Translations under genes and position numbers: made by a program
In this document: piece after piece, positions 59,790-64,000 of the stretch
Layout of the letters: each line of letters starts with the position of its first letter
Numbering within the stretch: position 1 is the stretch's first letter
Notes under the pieces: model-generated
Database searches by the model: none
Told to the model about the DNA's origin: nothing
What the model saw: only the letters and a program-made list of their open reading frames with translations
DNA from: an uncultured Eubacteriales bacterium
GTDB taxonomy: Bacteria > Actinomycetota > Coriobacteriia > Anaerosomatales > PHET01
Length of the DNA stretch: 64,000 bases
Direction: 5' to 3'
NCBI GenBank assembly: GCA_964607705.1
Contig: CAZSLI010000001.1
Span: 56,193-120,192, forward strand

Positions 59790-61569
59790 TGCGCCCACGA
59801 GGCGCAAAGGCGGCCAGAGTGCGCGTAAGCGTCCTGCGGGCAACGGGCGGCATACGCAGCTGCTGTTCTGCCTTCTCTTTGCATTCGCGCTGGTCGCCGG
59901 CCGCCTGATCTGGATCCAGGGTTTCTCGGCGTCTGCGTACGCGGACAAGGCGTTCCAGCAGCGTCTCAAGGACATCGAGTTGCCACCCCAACGCGGCACC
60001 ATCTACGACCGCGAGGGCGAGCCGTTGGCTGTGAGCATGGAAGCTCGCACCGTCTTCGTCTCGCCCAATCAAGTGCGCGACAAGGAAGCGGTCGCCAAGG
60101 CGCTCGCCGAGACGATCGGCGGGGACATCGAGGACTACCGGAAGAAGCTCGCGAAGGACAGCGGTTTCGAGTATGTCGCTCGCAAGGTCGAGATGAACCA
60201 GGCGAAGGCGCTTGAAGACCTCGGCCTGCAGGGTGTCGGCTTCTTGGACGACTACCGCCGGCTGTATCCGTCGGGCGAGCTCGCGTGCCAGGTCCTCGGC
60301 TTCGTGGGCGTTGACGACAAGGGCCTTGCCGGCATCGAGGCGCAATACGATGACCAGCTGGCCGGTGTGCCGGGAGTGATCCTCGGCGAACGGGACCCGC
60401 AGGGCGGTCCGATCCCCGGTGGCATCCAGAAGGAGATCGCGCCGACCAACGGTCACGACGTCGTGCTGACCATCGACAAGGACATCCAGTACGAGGCCCA
60501 GGTCCAGCTCACGAAGGCCGTCAAGGAGTTCCACGCGAAGAGCGGCAACGTCCTCGTCATGAATCCACGGACGGGCGAGATCTACGCGATGGCCTCGACG
60601 CCCGGTTTCAATCCAAACGACTACGGCAAGGCGAAGCCGACGGCGACCCGCAACAAGGTCGTCTGCGACGCGTACGAGCCCGGTTCGACGATGAAGTGCA
60701 TGACCGCGTCGACCGTCGTCGACAAGGGGCTGTTCAAGCCTGAGACGAAACTCGACCTGCCCCCCACGATCAACGTCGGCGGACGCACCATCCACGAGTC
60801 ACACGGCCGAGGGTCGGTGCGCTGGAGCCTGACCGACATCGTCACGCACTCGAGCAACGTCGGGACCGTCAAGCTCGGCCTGAAGCTGGGCGCACAGGGT
60901 CTCTACGACGGCTTCTCGGCGTTCGGGCTCACCGAGAAGACCGGTATCGACTTTCCCGGAGAGGCTAAAGGATGGCTTCCCGAGACGAGCCAGTGGTCGG
61001 CTTCCTCGATCGGCAACATCCCCTTCGGCCAAGGTGTTTCCGTGACAGCACTGCAGCTGGCGCGAGCGCTGGGCGCGGTCGCCAACGAGGGGGAGCTCGT
61101 CACGCCGCACCTGCTGCTCGATCTGCCTAACGCGCCGAAGGACGAGCCGGTCTGGCCCAAGCGTCGTGCGATCAAGAAGGAGACGGCAGCCGACGTCACC
61201 GAGATGCTCACGCACGTAGTGACCGAGGGGACCGGTACCGAGGCAGCGGTGGCGGGCTACACCGTGGCTGGCAAGACCGGCACCGCCCAAAAGGCGCTTC
61301 CTAACGGCGGCGGCTACGCCGGCGGCAAGTACGTGGGCTCCTTCATCGGCTTCCTGCCTGCAGAGGACCCACAGGTGCTGGTCCTGGTGACCCTCGACGA
61401 GCCGTCCAGCGGCTACTACGGGGGCACCTGCGCGGCCCCGGCATTCTCCCGGATCGCGCAATTCGCGGTGGCCCATCTCAAGATCCCGCCGTCGTCCAAT
61501 GGCGGTCAGAAAGTGGACGTGAAGGAGAAAGGTGTCGGTCAGGTGTCAGGGGCGCCTGCGCCTGACTAG
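59737..61569 (+). CDS. ftsI: penicillin-binding protein 2B/3 (FtsI-type transpeptidase)
   Basis: TM anchor LLFCLLFAFALVAGRLIWIQ. Catalytic EPGSTMK (SxxK), HSSN (SxN) and GKTGTA (KTG). The start may be ATG 59764. Confidence 0.85.
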   Translation: MRRRSCWSAMSGSRRHADAPTRRKGGQSARKRPAGNGRHTQLLFCLLFAFALVAGRLIWIQGFSASAYADKAFQQRLKDIELPPQRGTIYDREGEPLAVSMEARTVFVSPNQVRDKEAVAKALAETIGGDIEDYRKKLAKDSGFEYVARKVEMNQAKALEDLGLQGVGFLDDYRRLYPSGELACQVLGFVGVDDKGLAGIEAQYDDQLAGVPGVILGERDPQGGPIPGGIQKEIAPTNGHDVVLTIDKDIQYEAQVQLTKAVKEFHAKSGNVLVMNPRTGEIYAMASTPGFNPNDYGKAKPTATRNKVVCDAYEPGSTMKCMTASTVVDKGLFKPETKLDLPPTINVGGRTIHESHGRGSVRWSLTDIVTHSSNVGTVKLGLKLGAQGLYDGFSAFGLTEKTGIDFPGEAKGWLPETSQWSASSIGNIPFGQGVSVTALQLARALGAVANEGELVTPHLLLDLPNAPKDEPVWPKRRAIKKETAADVTEMLTHVVTEGTGTEAAVAGYTVAGKTGTAQKALPNGGGYAGGKYVGSFIGFLPAEDPQVLVLVTLDEPSSGYYGGTCAAPAFSRIAQFAVAHLKIPPSSNGGQKVDVKEKGVGQVSGAPAPD

Positions 61570-61572
61570 CCG

Positions 61573-63048
61573 GTGCTAGAATCGCCCGACTGCGAAGCAG
61601 GGGAGAGCGTGACCGTAAGAACTATTCGAGAACTGGTCGGGAAGAGCGCGAGAGCGCTCGGCCTCGACGATGTCGACGTCACGGGCGTCGCCTACCGCTC
61701 CGACAAGGTGCGGAAGGGTGACGCCTTCTTCTGTGTCAGCGGGTTCGCCCACGACGGGCACGATTTCGCCGAGGACGCCGTCGCTCGGGGCGCTGCCGCC
61801 CTGGTCGTCGAACGCGAGCTGAGTGTGGCTGTGCCCCAGTTCGTCGTTGAGGACACCCGCGTGGCACTCGCGCTGGCTGCCGCCGAGATGTGCGGCCATC
61901 CCAGTCGCGACCTCGAGGTTGTGGGTATCACCGGGACAAACGGCAAGACGACGACCACCTACATACTCGACTCGATCTTCCGGGCCGCCGGAAAGACGAC
62001 GGGCATCATCGGCACGGTCGAGACGCGCGTGGCCGGGGAGCGCCTCCCCGCCGGACGCACGACGCCCGAGTCCTCGGACCTGCAGGGCCTTCTCGGTCTC
62101 ATGGTGCAGCGAGGTGTCTCCGGCGTGTCGATGGAGGTCTCGAGCCACGCTATCGACCTGCACAGGGTCGACGGCGTGCGCTTTGCGGTGGCGGCGTTCA
62201 CGAACCTCACGCAGGACCACCTCGATTATCACCACACCCTCGAGGCGTATTACTCGGTGAAACGCCGTCTCTTCACGGACCTCGAGGTGGTCCGGGCGGT
62301 CATCAACATAGACGACCCGTATGGGCTCGGCCTGTCGCAGGAGATCGACGCCATCACCGTGGGTCGGGAAGAGTGCGCGGACGTTCGCTCCTCTGACGAG
62401 CGCCTCGACGCCGCCGGCACCTCGCTCATGCTCACCACGCCGCAGGGATCGCGTCACGTGCGGCTGCCTCTCGCAGGCGCGTACAACGTGAGCAATGCGC
62501 TGGTGGCGGCCGGCTGCGCTCACGCCTTGGGAATTCCGTTGGATACTATCGTCGCCGGTCTTGAGGGCGCTCCGCAGGTCCCCGGAAGGCTCGAGCGCGT
62601 GGAGTGCGGACAGCCGTTCTCGGTGATCGTCGACTACGCTCATACGCCGGATTCGCTCGAGAAGGCTATCGCGGCGGTGCGCGAGGTGACAACGGGCCGC
62701 GTCATCGTGGTGTTCGGATGCGGCGGCGATCGCGACCCCGATAAGCGACCGGTCATGGGAGCCGCAGCCGGTGCCGCCGATGTGGCGATCGTCACGAGCG
62801 ACAACCCCCGCAGCGAGGATCCGGTGGGCATCATCTTGCAGATAGAGGACGGGCTCAAGGCGGCACACGCCACCTACGACACGCAGGTGGATCGACGTCG
62901 CGCTATCGAGCATGCGCTCGACATGGCTCGTCCGGGAGACGCTGTGCTCATCGCGGGTAAGGGTCATGAGGACTATCAGATATTCGCTGACCGGACGATC
63001 CACTTCGACGACCGTGAGGTCGCTCGTGAGGTGTTGGAGTCATGCTGA
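61573..63048 (+). CDS. murE: UDP-N-acetylmuramoyl-L-alanyl-D-glutamate--2,6-diaminopimelate ligase
   Basis: GITGTNGKTTT, VSMEVSSHA, and the DNPR motif (TSDNPRSEDP) indicating meso-DAP specificity. Confidence 0.9.
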   Translation: MLESPDCEAGESVTVRTIRELVGKSARALGLDDVDVTGVAYRSDKVRKGDAFFCVSGFAHDGHDFAEDAVARGAAALVVERELSVAVPQFVVEDTRVALALAAAEMCGHPSRDLEVVGITGTNGKTTTTYILDSIFRAAGKTTGIIGTVETRVAGERLPAGRTTPESSDLQGLLGLMVQRGVSGVSMEVSSHAIDLHRVDGVRFAVAAFTNLTQDHLDYHHTLEAYYSVKRRLFTDLEVVRAVINIDDPYGLGLSQEIDAITVGREECADVRSSDERLDAAGTSLMLTTPQGSRHVRLPLAGAYNVSNALVAAGCAHALGIPLDTIVAGLEGAPQVPGRLERVECGQPFSVIVDYAHTPDSLEKAIAAVREVTTGRVIVVFGCGGDRDPDKRPVMGAAAGAADVAIVTSDNPRSEDPVGIILQIEDGLKAAHATYDTQVDRRRAIEHALDMARPGDAVLIAGKGHEDYQIFADRTIHFDDREVAREVLESC

Positions 63049-64000
63049 CGGCGTCGGTCGAGACGATCATGTCGGTGTGCGGAGGCTCGCTCCTCATGGG
63101 CAGCACCGATGTGATAGGCAATGGGATCACCGTGGATTCGCGTGAGGCCGAACCTGGTTCCGTGTACTTCGCGCTTCCGGGAGAACGGGTCGACGGCCAC
63201 GACTTTCTCATCGACGTGCTCGACGCGGGCGCTCGCGTGCTTGTCGTGACGCGTCCTCGAGAGGAGCTCGTCCCCGTTCTGGTGAGGGCGTCGGCCAAGG
63301 GCGCTTCGGTGCTGCGTGTTGAAGACGGGCTCGCCGCATTGCAGGCGCTTGCATCGTGGCACCGCGGACGACTTCACGCGACGGTCATCGGCATCACGGG
63401 ATCGACGGGCAAGACGACGACGAAGGACTTTCTCACGGCAGTGCTGTCGAGCTCGATGCGCGTCGTGTCGACCTCAGGCAATCGGAACAACGAGCTCGGG
63501 CTTCCGCTCACCATCTTCGGAGCGGGAAGCGACACGGACGCCCTCGTCGTGGAGATGGGGATGCGTGGGCTCGGACAGATCGCGAGACTCGCCGAGATAG
63601 CGCGCCCGGACTTTGGACTCGTGACGAATGTGGGGACGAGCCACCTGGAGATCCTCGGCACGCAGGACGCCGTCGCCACAGCCAAGGGCGAGTTGATCAG
63701 GGCGCTGCCGCGGGAGGGCGCCGCCTTCCTGAACGGGGACGATTCGTACTCTGACGCGCTGGCGCTCGATTCGGCGGCACCTGTGACGACGTACGGGCTG
63801 TCCGAGCGCTGCACCGTCCGTGCGGTCGATATCGTTCTCGACGAGATGAGCCGGCCATCGTTCACACTTCAGACGCCGGTTGGCGAAGTTGTCGTGACTC
63901 TGGCGATCTCAGGACGACACAACGTCTACAACGCGCTGGCTGCTGCCGCAGTAGGACTGCGCATGGCGGTGCCGTTGGAGCGCATCGGCGAGGCGCTCGG
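63042..64000 (+). CDS. murF: UDP-N-acetylmuramoyl-tripeptide--D-alanyl-D-alanine ligase (3' end beyond window)
   Basis: Not in the ORF track because no stop is reached. My translation from ATG 63042 gives MLTASVETIMSVCGG...GITGSTGKTTTKD...NNELGLP...VVEMGMRG...TNVGTSHLE. It overlaps the murE stop. Confidence 0.85.
   Translation, partial: MLTASVETIMSVCGGSLLMGSTDVIGNGITVDSREAEPGSVYFALPGERVDGHDFLIDVLDAGARVLVVTRPREELVPVLVRASAKGASVLRVEDGLAALQALASWHRGRLHATVIGITGSTGKTTTKDFLTAVLSSSMRVVSTSGNRNNELGLPLTIFGAGSDTDALVVEMGMRGLGQIARLAEIARPDFGLVTNVGTSHLEILGTQDAVATAKGELIRALPREGAAFLNGDDSYSDALALDSAAPVTTYGLSERCTVRAVDIVLDEMSRPSFTLQTPVGEVVVTLAISGRHNVYNALAAAAVGLRMAVPLERIGEAL

Overview
High-GC, gene-dense chromosomal segment of about 70 genes, all but about 6 on the + strand. 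GC content was judged by eye, not computed. The core synteny looks actinobacterial (recN-steA-steB...pyrG...xerD) mixed with Firmicute-like blocks (yqeG-aroE; aroQ-pepP-efp...accC-asp23-nusB-xseB-dxs-tlyA-nadK-recN). Gene order: (1) a partial ABC-2 type exporter; (2) yqeG-aroE; (3) an ~18.6-kb monoderm-type type IV pilus (T4P) locus; (4) aroC-aroK-aroB-aroQ-pepP-efp; (5) a PycB-like carboxyltransferase/BCCP fusion plus biotin carboxylase; (6) asp23-nusB-xseB-dxs-tlyA-nadK-recN-steA-steB; (7) an envelope block with GT2 and murJ on the minus strand, a 777-aa membrane protein and an MraY/WecA-like protein; (8) pyrG; (9) M20 peptidase plus DUF3866; (10) ald; (11) xerD; (12) a BMP-family ABC importer; (13) small membrane ORFs and DUF4349 on the minus strand; (14) the start of the dcw cluster, mraZ-rsmH-ftsL-ftsI-murE-murF (3' partial). 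The T4P locus contains pilB1, a four-gene Roadblock / DUF4388(PATAN) / small-GTPase / proline-rich membrane protein operon, pilB2, pilC, two tandemly duplicated pilins, pilD, three minor pilins and pilM-pilN-pilO plus one unknown gene. I saw no rRNA, tRNA, CRISPR array, transposase or prophage gene. The most interesting item is the kinase-less, conservon/MglAB-like GTPase module wedged between two PilB paralogs. Other notable items are a perfect CRP-type palindrome upstream of the minor-pilin operon, a ~98% identical pilin duplication that includes UTRs and terminators, and MraZ-box repeats upstream of mraZ. All family calls rest on motifs read by eye in the translations. No database search was run.
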